From an uncultured Gammaproteobacteria bacterium (GTDB lineage Bacteria; Pseudomonadota; Gammaproteobacteria; UBA9214), in NCBI GenBank assembly GCA_963803275.1, contig CAWDLS010000014.1:91567-155566 (forward strand): 64,000 nt of DNA, given 5' to 3'. Positions 1 through 10,118 of this stretch are shown in pieces. The stretch's first letter is position 1; the number at the start of each line of letters is the position of its first letter. The notes below the pieces were generated by a model. It made no database searches. It saw nothing but the letters and a program-made list of their open reading frames with translations, and was not told where the DNA came from. The translations under genes and the position numbers were made by a program.

Positions 1-1910
1 AGCAGCGCTCGCTGCAACCGCTGTTGCCACAACTGCTCGATGCCGGGCACAACATCCGGCTGGTTGCCGGCGAGCGCGAAATGGAAGGCCGGCACCGCAA
101 CGGCAGTTCAGTGCAGATGTCGGTGCGTGTCAGCCCGATGCGCAGCAACGGTGAACGCCTGTATACCTGCATGGTCGCTGACATCACGCGCCGCAAGGCA
201 ATGGAACAGCAACTGCGCGACGCCGAATGCCGCTACCGCGAACTGGTAGAGACGGCGCACGACATGGTCTGGACCCTGGACACAGCAGGCCTGCTGACCT
301 ACGTCAATCGTGCCTGTACCACGATCTACGGCTATACGCCAGATGAGATGCAGCAGCGGTACCTGCATGAGTTCCGTTCACCCGACCACCCGCCCGCGGA
401 CCGCGAGGCGATCGATAATCTGCTGGCCGGTGCGGACACGGTGCAGTTCGAGACAGTGCACCTGGACAACGAGAGCAAGCCGCATTTCCTGAGCTTCAGC
501 GCACGTTCGCACAAGGATGCAGCGGGCAAGGTCCAGCGCATCAGCGGCACCACACGTGACATCACCGAGCACAAGGCATTCCAGCACCAGCTGTCCTACA
601 ACGCCGAACACGACCCGCTGACCGGCATGTTCAATCGCAACTATTTCCAGGAAGAGCTGGTGCGCACCGTGGCGCGCACCGCACGCAACGGCATCTCCTG
701 TGCGCTGTTCTACGTCGACCTTGACCAGTTCAAGTACATCAACGACACGCTCGGGCATGCCGCCGGCGACCGCCTGCTGGTCGACATCGCTGCGCTGCTG
801 TCCATGCATGTGCGTGACGGCGACCTGCTGGCACGCTTTGGCGGCGACGAGTTCACGCTGCTGCTCTACAACATCGGCAAGCGCGACGTGCTGCGCGCCG
901 CTGAAAATTTCCGTGCACTGTGCGATGACTACCGCTTCAACGTCAACGACAAGTCCTGGAACGTCAGCGCGAGCATCGGTATCGCGATGATCGACCGGCA
1001 GACCACGTCCGCCGAAGAGGTGCTCTCGCATGCCGACCTCGCCTGCAACATGGCCAAGCAGCAGGGCCGCAACCGTGTCAATCTCTACAATCCGGCCGAC
1101 CTCGGCAAGGCGGACATGCAGGCGGACATGAGCTGGGCAACGCAGGTGCGTGACATGCTGGAACACGACCGCTTCCAGCTGGTATACCAGCCCATCGTCG
1201 GCACTGAATACGGCGAGATTCTCGATTACGAGGTGCTGGTGCGCATGGTGTGCGACGACGGTCAGGTCATTCTGCCTGGCGGCTTCATGCCCGCGGCGGA
1301 ACGCTTCGGCCTGATTCACAGTGTCGACCGCTGGATCGTGCGCCGCGCCATCCGGGAACTTGCCGCGCTGCGCAACAGCGGCCAGCGCATCAGCTTCTCC
1401 ATCAACCTGTCCGGCAAGGCCTTCGAGGACGAAACCCTGCTGCCGCTGATCCGGGAACTGCTCAATGACACCGCGCTCGATCCGACCTGGGTCACCTTCG
1501 AGATCACCGAGACCGCGGCCATCGCCAATCTTGCCGCGGCAGAGGCCTTTATCAGCGAACTCAAGGACATCGGCTGCCAGTTCGCGCTGGACGACTTCGG
1601 TTCCGGGTTTTCCTCGTTCGCCTACCTCAAGCACCTGCCGGTCGACAAGCTCAAGATCGACGGCGCCTTCGTAAAGGGCATGGCGCACAGCTCGGTAGAC
1701 CAGGCCATGGTGGAATCCATGAACCAGGTCGCGCACGCACTGGGCAAGCAGACCATCGCCGAATGCGTGGAGAATGGCGAGACGCTGAAGATCCTTCGGG
1801 AGATGGGCGTCGACCGCGCCCAGGGTAACTACATCGGCAGGCCGCACGCGGTACCTGCTGCAACCGCACACCACGTCACAAACGACAGCGTGGCATCACT
1901 GGCGTATTAG
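1..1910 (+). CDS. PAS-GGDEF-EAL c-di-GMP signalling protein. The gene is 5'-truncated by the window edge: the reading frame is open from nt 3, and the ORF track's first in-frame start is TTG at 24.
   Basis: The translation shows the end of one PAS domain (ADITRRK...), a second PAS, a GGDEF domain with the RFGGDEF motif and an EAL domain (EVLVRMV, QFALDDFGSG). There is no stop codon upstream in frame. Confidence 0.85.
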   Translation, partial: QRSLQPLLPQLLDAGHNIRLVAGEREMEGRHRNGSSVQMSVRVSPMRSNGERLYTCMVADITRRKAMEQQLRDAECRYRELVETAHDMVWTLDTAGLLTYVNRACTTIYGYTPDEMQQRYLHEFRSPDHPPADREAIDNLLAGADTVQFETVHLDNESKPHFLSFSARSHKDAAGKVQRISGTTRDITEHKAFQHQLSYNAEHDPLTGMFNRNYFQEELVRTVARTARNGISCALFYVDLDQFKYINDTLGHAAGDRLLVDIAALLSMHVRDGDLLARFGGDEFTLLLYNIGKRDVLRAAENFRALCDDYRFNVNDKSWNVSASIGIAMIDRQTTSAEEVLSHADLACNMAKQQGRNRVNLYNPADLGKADMQADMSWATQVRDMLEHDRFQLVYQPIVGTEYGEILDYEVLVRMVCDDGQVILPGGFMPAAERFGLIHSVDRWIVRRAIRELAALRNSGQRISFSINLSGKAFEDETLLPLIRELLNDTALDPTWVTFEITETAAIANLAAAEAFISELKDIGCQFALDDFGSGFSSFAYLKHLPVDKLKIDGAFVKGMAHSSVDQAMVESMNQVAHALGKQTIAECVENGETLKILREMGVDRAQGNYIGRPHAVPAATAHHVTNDSVASLAY

Positions 1911-1923
1911 GCTGTAGTCATCG

Positions 1924-2385
1924 TTGCTCGAGAGACAGGGTGATGATGCCGCAGCGCTGGAACAGTACCGGAAAGTGCTGCAAATCAAGCCTGATTTCGC
2001 CCATGCACACCTGAAGATGGCCTATATTCTGGTCAGGCAGAATCGCCTTTCAGAAGCACTCCAGTACGGCCGCGAGGCGCTGCGGATTAATCCGGACTTG
2101 TATCAGTTGCACAATGTACTCGGCCTTGCCCTGATGCGGCAGGGAAAGCTGGAGGAGGCGACCCGCCAGTTCTCGGAGGCTTTGCGCCTGGAACCCGGGT
2201 ATACCGATACAAGAAACAATCTGAACAAGCTGCAGTCTGCTCCCGACAGGCTGGGCAATCCCATAACACACATTGAGGACAACAGCCAAACCTTCCGTTT
2301 CCTTAGGATCAGGTTCGCCCATACAGGACTTGTCCGTGTATTTATCGATGCATGTGAACAGCGAAAGATTGAGCCGGATCAATGA
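1924..2385 (+). CDS. TPR-repeat protein (153 aa)
   Basis: The ORF has TPR-like 34-residue repeats (AHAHLKMAYILVRQNRLSEALQYGREALRINPD..., GLALMRQGKLEEATRQFSEALRLEPG). It begins 13 nt after the GGDEF/EAL stop. Confidence 0.6.
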   Translation: MLERQGDDAAALEQYRKVLQIKPDFAHAHLKMAYILVRQNRLSEALQYGREALRINPDLYQLHNVLGLALMRQGKLEEATRQFSEALRLEPGYTDTRNNLNKLQSAPDRLGNPITHIEDNSQTFRFLRIRFAHTGLVRVFIDACEQRKIEPDQ

Positions 2386-2512
2386 CTGCCTGCCTGCTTC
2401 AGGCTAGACCTTCAAACCTATGTGCGTGCCCGTAACAACAAACCGGTATATTTGACTTCAGGGGCAGCAAGGGAGAACAGGTCCGGCTGTTACAGCTGGA
2501 TATATTTATCCC

Positions 2513-2530
2513 TGCTGTTGATATACAGCA
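2513..2530. promoter_or_regulatory. Perfect 6-6-6 inverted repeat TGCTGT-tgatat-ACAGCA upstream of the CBS-protein gene (candidate operator)
   Basis: It lies 22 nt upstream of the 2552 ATG. No other copies occur in the window. Confidence 0.35.
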
Positions 2531-2551
2531 TATTAAAGAGAGTTTTGTTAA

Positions 2552-2968
2552 ATGATTGTGTCAAAGGTAGCGCAGATAATCAGCGGTCAGCAGCTGGCCA
2601 GGATCGAGCCGGGCGATACCGTGCGCAACACCTGCAAGATCATGTGTACGCTGGATGCCGGCGCAGTGGCGGTAAGGGAGAGAGAAACCCTGGTCGGTGT
2701 GCTTAGCGAACGCGATGTGATTCGGAAATGTATTTGTGCAGATCGCCACACCGTTGAGACAAGGGTGGCAGAATTCATGACAGGCAACCCAAAGACTGTC
2801 AGCGCGGACAGCAGCCTGGCTGAGGCGCTGGAGATAATGAATCAAGGCTGTTTCCAGCATGTCCCGGTCCTGCATGATGGTGTGACCATTGGCATGATCT
2901 CTGCTGATGATATCCCCGAGGAATATCGCATGTTGCTGGAGCGGTTCAAGGCGTTCCGCGAGAGCTAA
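2552..2968 (+). CDS. CBS-domain pair protein (138 aa)
   Basis: There are two CBS-like segments (VRNTCKIMCTLDAGAVAV...LVGVLSERDV and VAEFMTGNPKTVSADSSLAEALEIMNQGCFQHVPVL...IGMISADDI). The start is preceded by a purine-rich sequence (agagag). Confidence 0.7.
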   Translation: MIVSKVAQIISGQQLARIEPGDTVRNTCKIMCTLDAGAVAVRERETLVGVLSERDVIRKCICADRHTVETRVAEFMTGNPKTVSADSSLAEALEIMNQGCFQHVPVLHDGVTIGMISADDIPEEYRMLLERFKAFRES

Positions 2969-3577
2969 GCGCCCGCTTCCGGACCGGCCAAACGGTCATT
3001 CCCGGCTATCACGTGTAGGTCTTGGATGCAGTGCCGGTTCAACCGATCGATGCAACACAAGCAAAAATCGCTTCCACTGGCGTTGGCAAGGATATGCCGG
3101 CAGCAAACCTGGTGACCGACAGGGTAAGGAACAACCGGTCCGGTCAAGGTGGACTGCTAAAGAAAATCCGGTATCGACCGTAATCCTTCAGGAGCCGAAC
3201 TCCCGCAAACCATCCACTGCACGGAAGCAGAGTTCGATGTCATAACCTTCAGGGAGTGAAACCATGTGTATCGCAATGACAGGGCCCGGCAGTACGGGCG
3301 GCAACAGGATACGCCGTCCGTGCCGTAACGTTGTCGCTACACAGGGTGCCCGTGAAGCCGGTATGGTCCCGGCTGCCTGAACTTGCAGCGGATGCCATGA
3401 ATAAAATTCAGTCCCTGGAATCGCTGGCGCCCCTTGTGCCCGATTTGGCTGAAGACTGCAGGATCTGCCACGAAGGCGAAGACCTGTTCCGGCGTCATTC
3501 GCTGAATGTGGACGTCAGCGAACTGCGAACCTTCTGAATCCTTCCATTCCGACCCGACTCACTGTGGAGCATCCAAC

Positions 3578-6079
3578 ATGAACACCAAGAACCTGCTCAC
3601 GATTCCGCCACACGACCACTCGGGTTTCGACGTGGAAGCGCTCAAGCGCGCCATCGCCAACCGGCTCACGTACACGGTTGGCAAGGACGGTTACACGGCC
3701 ACCGACCGTGACTGGCTGCACACGCTCTGCTATGCGGTGCGCGACCGCCTGATCGAACGCTGGATGGAGACGCAGCGCAGTTATTACCACTCTGACGCCA
3801 AGCGCGTGTACTACCTCTCACTCGAATTTCTCATCGGGCGCACGCTCTATAACGCACTGCTCAACATGAAACTCGATGAACCCGTGCGTGAGGCGCTCGC
3901 GGGGATCGGGCTGGACCTCGAGGCGCTGCGCGAACAGGAATTCGAAGCCGGGCTTGGCAACGGCGGCCTCGGGCGTCTCGCAGCCTGTTTCCTTGATGCG
4001 ATGGCCACACTGGGCATCCCCGGCGTGGGTTACGGCATACGCTATGAATACGGCATGTTTCATCAGCACATCGAGAACGGCCAGCAGACGGAGAAATCGG
4101 ACCCATGGCTGCGTTTCGGGAATCCGTGGGAGTTCCCGCGCCCGGAGGTACTCTATCCGGTGCAGTTTAACGGTCACGTGGTGCAGGTCCGCGACGAGCA
4201 CGGGCAGACCCGGCATCACTGGGTGGACACCGTGCTGGTGAATGCCATGGCCTATGACATGCCGGTGCCGGGTTACGGCAACAACACGGTGAACAACCTG
4301 CGTCTCTGGTCGGCCAAGGCCACGCGCGATTTCGATCTGCGGCTGTTCAATTCCGGAAACTACATCAATGCGGTCGAGGAAAAGACCGCGTCCGAGAACC
4401 TGTCGAAGGTGCTCTATCCCGACGACAGCACCGAGGACGGGCGCGTCCTGCGACTCAAGCAGGAGTATTTCTTCGCCAGCGCCTCACTGCAGGATATCCT
4501 GTTCCGCTACCTCAAGACGCACGAGGGTTTTGACGCCTTGCCGGACAAGGTTGCCATCCAGCTGAATGATACGCATCCGGCCATCGCGATTCCCGAACTG
4601 ATGCGGCTGCTCATGGACGTTCACCACCTCGGCTGGGAAAAGGCCTGGGATCTCACCACACGCACTTTCTCCTACACCAACCACACGCTTATGCCCGAGG
4701 CGCTCGAGACCTGGGCAGTCGGCCTGATTGGGCACATGCTGCCGCGCCACCTCGAGATCATCCAGGAAATCAATCACCGCTTCCTCATCGACGTGCGCCA
4801 TCGGTTCCCCGGTGACGAAGGTATCGTGTCCCGCCTGTCGCTGATCGATGAGTCTCAGGACCGCCGCGTCCGCATGGCGCATCTGGCCGTCGTAGGCAGT
4901 CATCACGTGAACGGGGTGTCAGCACTGCACTCACAGCTCATGCGCGAGTCCATTTTCGCTGACTTCCATCGCATGAGCCCGAACAAGATTCTAAATATGA
5001 CCAACGGCATCACGCCGCGCCGCTGGCTCAACCAGGCAAATCCGCGCCTGTCAGGGCTGATCACAGCAACCATCGGCGATGGCTGGATAAGGAATCTGGA
5101 TGAGCTGAAGCAGCTGGTTCCGTACGCGAGCGACCCGGCATTCCAGTCGGCATTCCGCACCGTCAAGACCGCCAACAAGGCTGACCTTGCAAGACTTGTA
5201 CACGACCGGCTCGGCATCCAGGTCGATCCTGCCTCGCTATTCGATATACAGGTGAAACGTATCCATGAATACAAGCGGCAGATGCTTAATCTGCTGCACG
5301 TCGTTACACGCTACAACTACCTGCGCGCGGGTCAGGATCTCGTTCCACGCACGGTTATTTTCGCCGGTAAGGCGGCGCCGGGCTACGCGCGCGCCAAGCT
5401 CATCATCCAGCTGATCCACTCGGTCGCTGATGTTGTTAATAATGATCCCGCTACGCGCGGATTGCTCAAAGTCGCCTTCATCCCGAACTACAACGTTACC
5501 ACAGCAGGCGACATCATCCCGGCAGCAGATCTGTCCGAACAGATATCGACGGCGGGCACCGAGGCCTCCGGAACAGGCAATATGAAACTGGCCCTGAACG
5601 GTGCACTGACCATTGGAACGCGTGATGGCGCCAACGTCGAGATTCGCGATGAAGTGGGCGAGGAGAACATCTTCCTGTTCGGGCTGACCTGTGACGAAGT
5701 AAAAGACCTGGCCCGCACCGGCTATCGCCCGGTGGATCATGGCCACGCCAATCCCGATCTGGTCCAGGCTCTCGACATGATCGGTCAGGGTTACTTCTCG
5801 CCTGAATCTCCCGACATGTTCCGCTCCATCACCGACAGCCTGTGGCAGCATGACCCCTATCTGCTGATGGCAGACTACGCCTCCTACATGGACTGCCAGG
5901 AACGCGTGGACGCGCTGTACTGCGACCCGGCGGCATGGGCACGACGTGCCATCCTCAACGTGGCGAAAATGGGCAGGTTCTCGGCCGATCGCACCATCTG
6001 TGAGTACGCAGAGCATATCTGGCATGTGACACCGGTGTTGCCGGACTCTCAGGAGCTCTGGCGTGCGTTGCGTGCCTAG
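3578..6079 (+). CDS. glgP: Glycogen/maltodextrin phosphorylase
   Basis: The pyridoxal-phosphate site EASGTGNMKLALNGALTIGTRDGANVEI and family-wide similarity support the call. The listed ORF begins at 3506, but the ATG at 3578 (MNTKNLL) has a ggagc RBS and gives the expected ~833 aa. Confidence 0.9.
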   Translation: MNTKNLLTIPPHDHSGFDVEALKRAIANRLTYTVGKDGYTATDRDWLHTLCYAVRDRLIERWMETQRSYYHSDAKRVYYLSLEFLIGRTLYNALLNMKLDEPVREALAGIGLDLEALREQEFEAGLGNGGLGRLAACFLDAMATLGIPGVGYGIRYEYGMFHQHIENGQQTEKSDPWLRFGNPWEFPRPEVLYPVQFNGHVVQVRDEHGQTRHHWVDTVLVNAMAYDMPVPGYGNNTVNNLRLWSAKATRDFDLRLFNSGNYINAVEEKTASENLSKVLYPDDSTEDGRVLRLKQEYFFASASLQDILFRYLKTHEGFDALPDKVAIQLNDTHPAIAIPELMRLLMDVHHLGWEKAWDLTTRTFSYTNHTLMPEALETWAVGLIGHMLPRHLEIIQEINHRFLIDVRHRFPGDEGIVSRLSLIDESQDRRVRMAHLAVVGSHHVNGVSALHSQLMRESIFADFHRMSPNKILNMTNGITPRRWLNQANPRLSGLITATIGDGWIRNLDELKQLVPYASDPAFQSAFRTVKTANKADLARLVHDRLGIQVDPASLFDIQVKRIHEYKRQMLNLLHVVTRYNYLRAGQDLVPRTVIFAGKAAPGYARAKLIIQLIHSVADVVNNDPATRGLLKVAFIPNYNVTTAGDIIPAADLSEQISTAGTEASGTGNMKLALNGALTIGTRDGANVEIRDEVGEENIFLFGLTCDEVKDLARTGYRPVDHGHANPDLVQALDMIGQGYFSPESPDMFRSITDSLWQHDPYLLMADYASYMDCQERVDALYCDPAAWARRAILNVAKMGRFSADRTICEYAEHIWHVTPVLPDSQELWRALRA

Positions 6080-6148
6080 CGTTTTGCAGCTGCCTGACAA
6101 CGCCTGCGCCACCGGACTATCCGACAGGTCAAGGACACACCGTGGTAA

Positions 6149-6688
6149 TTACGGGCGGTTTGCGTACTCCCGGTCAAAGATCGCCTCCAGTGGCGCATGC
6201 GCGCCACGCAGCCGTTCGATCACGCGTTTCGCCCAGTCGAAGTAGTCGCGCCGCCGCTGCAGGTCCCAGCCCGCCGGCGGCGCATTCACCACGTCGCGCA
6301 GGTTGCTGATCTTGTCGGCCAGCTTCACCAGCTTTGCCTCGTCGCGGATATGCGCCGCGTGCTCGACCTGTTGTTCCTTGCGCGCATCCTTGGCCAGTGT
6401 CTTGTCATCGGTGACATCCATGACGATACCGGCAATCGCCGCACCGAATTCCCTGACCAGTTCCGCCTCGGTCGTCTCGGTATCCTCCACCGTATCGTGC
6501 AGCAGCGCGCCGCAGATCACGCTGACATCAGTGACATGCGCTTCGTTGCAAAGAATATTCGCAAGCGCGATGGGGTGGTTGATATAGGGCGAGGCCTCGA
6601 CGTCCTTGCGCCGCTGTCCACGATGCTTGTGCGCGGCAAACGCCAGCGCCCTGAGCAGCAGCATCAAATCACTTTCCGCGATCGTCAT
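6149..6688 (-). CDS. Small HD-domain (p)ppGpp hydrolase-like protein (RelA/SpoT hydrolase-domain homologue, small alarmone hydrolase type)
   Basis: HKHRGQRRKDVEASPYINHPIALANIL...LLHDTVEDTETT...KLADKISNLRDV matches the SpoT/Mesh1 HD hydrolase motif set. The protein is 179 aa with no synthetase domain. Confidence 0.75.
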   Translation of the reverse strand: MTIAESDLMLLLRALAFAAHKHRGQRRKDVEASPYINHPIALANILCNEAHVTDVSVICGALLHDTVEDTETTEAELVREFGAAIAGIVMDVTDDKTLAKDARKEQQVEHAAHIRDEAKLVKLADKISNLRDVVNAPPAGWDLQRRRDYFDWAKRVIERLRGAHAPLEAIFDREYANRP

Positions 6689-6789
6689 CGCACACTCCCT
6701 GTCAGGAATGGATAAACGGGTTTCCGGCTGACCCTGGCCGAAACATCTGCGGTCATGGCCGATAGCGACGGCCTCAATCGAACGGTACG

Positions 6790-6805
6790 GAAATCCCGGG
6801 ATTTC
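6790..6805. other. 16-bp perfect palindrome GAAATCCCGGGATTTC abutting the uvrD stop codon
   Basis: It is seen directly in the sequence. No U-tract follows, so it is not a classic terminator. Confidence 0.4.
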
Positions 6806-8985
6806 TACATGCCGACCGATTCAAGATTGGCGTAGGCCAGCACCAGCCACTTGGTCCCGGCACTGGAGAAGTTCACCTGCACGCGTGCGCTGCTGCCCTT
6901 GCCCTCGCAGTTCATGATCACGCCCTCGCCGAACCGGGCGTGACGCACGTGCTGGCCGAGGTGCAGCCCGCCGACTACGGACTCCTGCGGCATGGAGACG
7001 GCTGACAAGGTGGACGCGCCCGGCAGGCTGACGCCGGGGCGCGTGCGCACCTCGTCGATCAGCGCTTTCGGGACCTCGTCGATGAAGCGTGACGGCAGGC
7101 AATAGGTCTCCGAACCGAACACACGCCGGCGCTCGGCACAGGTCAGTACCAGCTGCCGGCGCGCCCGCGTGATGCCGACGTAGCAGAGGCGGCGTTCTTC
7201 TTCCAGCGCCCGGGTTCGTCCGCGGAGAGCTGGTTCGGAAACAGGCCTTCCTCCATAGCCGCACATGAACACCAGCGGAAACTCCAGGCCTTTGGCGGAA
7301 TGCAGCGTCATCAGCTGCACGCATGTTGCCGGCATCGGCCTGCCCCTCGCCGCCCTCCAGCGCGGCATGCGCCAGGAATTCCGGCACAGCGGGTCCATGC
7401 GCACTGTCGGTCATCGGGGACGAACTCGCGCGCGGCATTGACCAACTCCTGCAGATTCTCGTTGCCGTGCATCGCCCTTTCACCCTTCTCTTTCGCGAAG
7501 TGGTCGAGCAGACCGCTCGGGTCGATGACATGCTCGACCTGTTCACCGAGCGACAGGCTGCCGATCCCGTCTGCCAGCGCATCGATCGAGATTGAGGAAG
7601 CCGATGCACCGCATTGCCGGCTCGCGCCGGCAGCAGCATTCTCACTGGCCACGTTGCGGCGGCCTGCCACAGCGAGGTGTTGTAGCCCCGGGCCTGCTGG
7701 CGAACCGCGTCCATGGTACGGTCGCCGATGCCGCGTGGTGGATGATTGACCACGCGTTCGAACGAGGCGTCGTGATGCGGTTGGCCGTCAGGCGCAGGTA
7801 GGCCAGCGCATCCTTGATTTCGGCCGTTCGAAGAATCGCAGTCCGCCATACACGCGATAGGGGATGCCGCACTGCATCAGGCGTTCCTCCAACACGCGTG
7901 TCTGGGCGTTGGAGCGATAGAGGATGGCCACTTCGCTGCGCGCATTGCCCCTTGTCGACCAGGTCTCGATGCGATCCACCACAAAGCGCGCCTCATCGTG
8001 CTCGTTGTACGCCGAGTACAGCTGGATGGGTTCGCCCTCGTGGCCATCGGTCCACAGCTGCTTGCCCATGCGCGCCGTGTTGTTGTCGATCACGCGCATT
8101 GGCCGCCTTCAGTATCGTGCCGGTGGAGCGGTAGTTCTGCTCGAGCCGAACCACGCGAGTGTCGTGTGAAATCCTGCTGGAAGCGCAGGATGTTTTCCAC
8201 TCGCGCGCCGCGCCAGCCGTAGATCGACTGGTCGTCGTCGCCGACCACCATGATGCGCGCCGGTGCACCGGCCAGCATGCGCAGCCAGGCGTATTGGATC
8301 GCGTTGGTGTCCTGGAACTCGTCGACCAGGATATGCTGAAATCGATGGCGATAATGATCGAGCAGCTGTGGAATCTTCAGCCACAGCTCGTGCGAGCGCA
8401 GCAGCAGCTCGGCGAAGTCGACCAGCCCGGAGCGCTGGCACAGCTCCTCGTAGGCCTCGTAGATGTCCAGCTGGCGCTTCAGGATACGGATCGTTACGGT
8501 GCTCGATGTGCTGCGGGCGGCGGCCCTCGTCCTTGCGCTATTGATGAACCACTGCATTTGCCGGGGCGGCCAACGCGCCTCGTCGAGGTCCAGTGCGCCT
8601 TCAGGATGCGCTTGATCAGTCGCTGCTGATCGTGCGGAGTCCAGGATCTGGAAGCCCTCCGGCAGGCCCGCCTCCTGCCAGTGCGTGCGCAGCAGGCGAT
8701 GCGCGAGGCCGTGAAAGGTGCCGACCCACATCCCGCTGGCGGACATCTGCATCAACTGCTCGATGCGGCTGCGCATCTCGCCGGCCGCCTTGTTGGTAAA
8801 GGTCACGGCGAGCACGCAGTACGGTGAAGCCCCTCGACGTCGATCAGCCAGGCAATGCGATGCACGAGCACGCGGGTCTTGCCGCTGCCGGCGCCGGCCA
8901 GCACCAGCAGCGGTTCCTGGGTTGCGCAGACTGCCTCGCGCTGGGCGTCATTGAGCGATTCGATAATCCTGGAAACATCCATGGC
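6805..8985 (-). pseudogene. uvrD: DNA helicase II UvrD, interrupted by at least 6 frameshifts
   Basis: The N-terminus [20 protein letters not shown]...[21 protein letters not shown] at 8985 is near-identical to E. coli UvrD. Successive fragments (8090-8815, 7993-8268, 7788-8099, 7642-7872, 7311-7670, 6805-7404) are collinear with UvrD motifs ([72 protein letters not shown]) but lie in different frames. Confidence 0.85.
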
Positions 8986-9248
8986 AGGTCATTCTAGCAA
9001 TACGGGGGGTGATAATCAGGCCGGTCAACAGGCTGACTGCCGGCCAGGCGTGTCTATACGTGGCAAAATCCTATACACTGTCAAGTGATATCCGCCAAAC
9101 ATTATAAAAACCTTGGATAGGAAACCGGCACCACACGACGGATTTCCGGGTACCTGCCACCGCACAGGTCGGGCATGGCCACCCGGAAACAACTGCACTC
9201 CCGGCAATCCGGGCAGCGGTTGGAAAATACAAGCCGGTTGAGGTACTT

Positions 9249-9692
9249 ATGGGAATATTGTTGGTAGTGCTTGCGATCCTGCTGGTGATTGCCGGCAGCG
9301 CCTGGCTGATGTACAGGAAGCGCCCGGGGACCGCCCGGCAAAGACTCCGCTCATCGGGTTCCACCACCACGCCCGCCCGGCCCGGTGGTATCGACAAGCT
9401 GGAGGGCAGTGAGTTGTTCTGGGGCGTCAGGCTGGCCCAGGCCGGCTGCGAATCCTCGCAGGTCCTGCTGGGCAAGCACTTCACCTTCGACGAGGCGCCG
9501 GTGCTGCCCCTGGGAGACTGCAGTTCCGCGACCTGCACCTGCCAGTTTCAGGGTCTCAGGGAACGGCGCGACCGGACGCGGCGCACCCATGCCGACCGTC
9601 GTGAAGTGGTGCGCTTCGATGTCGACAATCCCAACCGCCGCTCGCGCATCAGCCGACGGCGCGGCGACAAGTGGGCCGACCATACCTATTGA
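9249..9692 (+). CDS. Hypothetical protein with an N-terminal transmembrane helix (147 aa)
   Basis: There is a gaggt RBS 5 nt upstream. The N-terminus is hydrophobic (GILLVVLAILLVIAGSAWLMY), followed by a Cys-containing basic C-terminal region. I recognise no family. Confidence 0.4.
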   Translation: MGILLVVLAILLVIAGSAWLMYRKRPGTARQRLRSSGSTTTPARPGGIDKLEGSELFWGVRLAQAGCESSQVLLGKHFTFDEAPVLPLGDCSSATCTCQFQGLRERRDRTRRTHADRREVVRFDVDNPNRRSRISRRRGDKWADHTY

Positions 9693-9703
9693 GTGCCCCG
9701 CGA

Positions 9704-9967
9704 TCAGGCGACTTCGGCCAGTATCTTCCTGTTTTTCGGGGAGTTGAGGTTGACGGTCTTCGGCTTGGAGCCTTTCAGGTAGGCCTCCAGCGTTACCGTC
9801 GGGATCTGGGCAAGATCAACCAGTGGATGCATGGTACATTTTTCGCAGGCAATCAGCTTGGGCGGCGCGCCGGCCGGTGCCTTGCCTACCGGACGTTCAC
9901 GCAGGTTCTTGCAGGTGGTGACACTCAGGTAGGCTTGTTGGGGAATGCAGTAGAACATTGAATCCAT
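9704..9967 (-). CDS. Small Cys-rich (zinc-ribbon-like) hypothetical protein (~88 aa)
   Basis: The ATG at 9967 is preceded by an AAGGAG Shine-Dalgarno. The cysteine pattern is C-x11-C...C-x2-C (CIPQQAYLSVTTC...CEKC). The longer listed ORF (to 10243) would overlap the glmS 3' end. Confidence 0.45.
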   Translation of the reverse strand: MDSMFYCIPQQAYLSVTTCKNLRERPVGKAPAGAPPKLIACEKCTMHPLVDLAQIPTVTLEAYLKGSKPKTVNLNSPKNRKILAEVA

Positions 9968-10118
9968 ATCCAAAACTAAACTCCTTTGGTCCCGCGGCAT
10001 CCGGTCACCCGGACATAGCAAAGTCGGATATGTTAACACAGCCGGGCTGCAATAGCACACCAGCGCATGAGATATCAATAACTTAGCGTTTACAGGGTAT
10101 TGCCCGCCGGCGTACGTC

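Noticed and set aside
378-1874. Long antisense ORFs opposite real genes (for example 378-1874 minus, 10773-13100 plus, 17205-18638 plus, 15008-16057 plus, 44077-45129 minus, 56483-57475 minus, 60149-60844 minus, 62758-63963 plus, 6821-7849 minus)
   Set aside because: Stop-free antisense frames are typical of high-GC DNA. Their translations are low-complexity (Arg/Ala/Gly-rich) with no motifs, and each overlaps a gene with strong homology on the other strand.
3130-3265. Possible c-di-GMP-I (GEMM) riboswitch in the glgP/small-ORF leader (the string cccGCAAACCAtcc resembles the GEMM P1 motif)
   Set aside because: Only one short block matches. The second conserved block (GGGACGCAAAGCC) and the pairing partners are absent on inspection, so I consider it a chance resemblance unless a covariance-model scan says otherwise.
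8986-9248. Search for a LexA (SOS) box CTGT-N8-ACAG in the uvrD promoter region
   Set aside because: No CTGT-N8-ACAG dyad was found. Only unrelated partial matches (ctatacgtg / tatacactg) are present.
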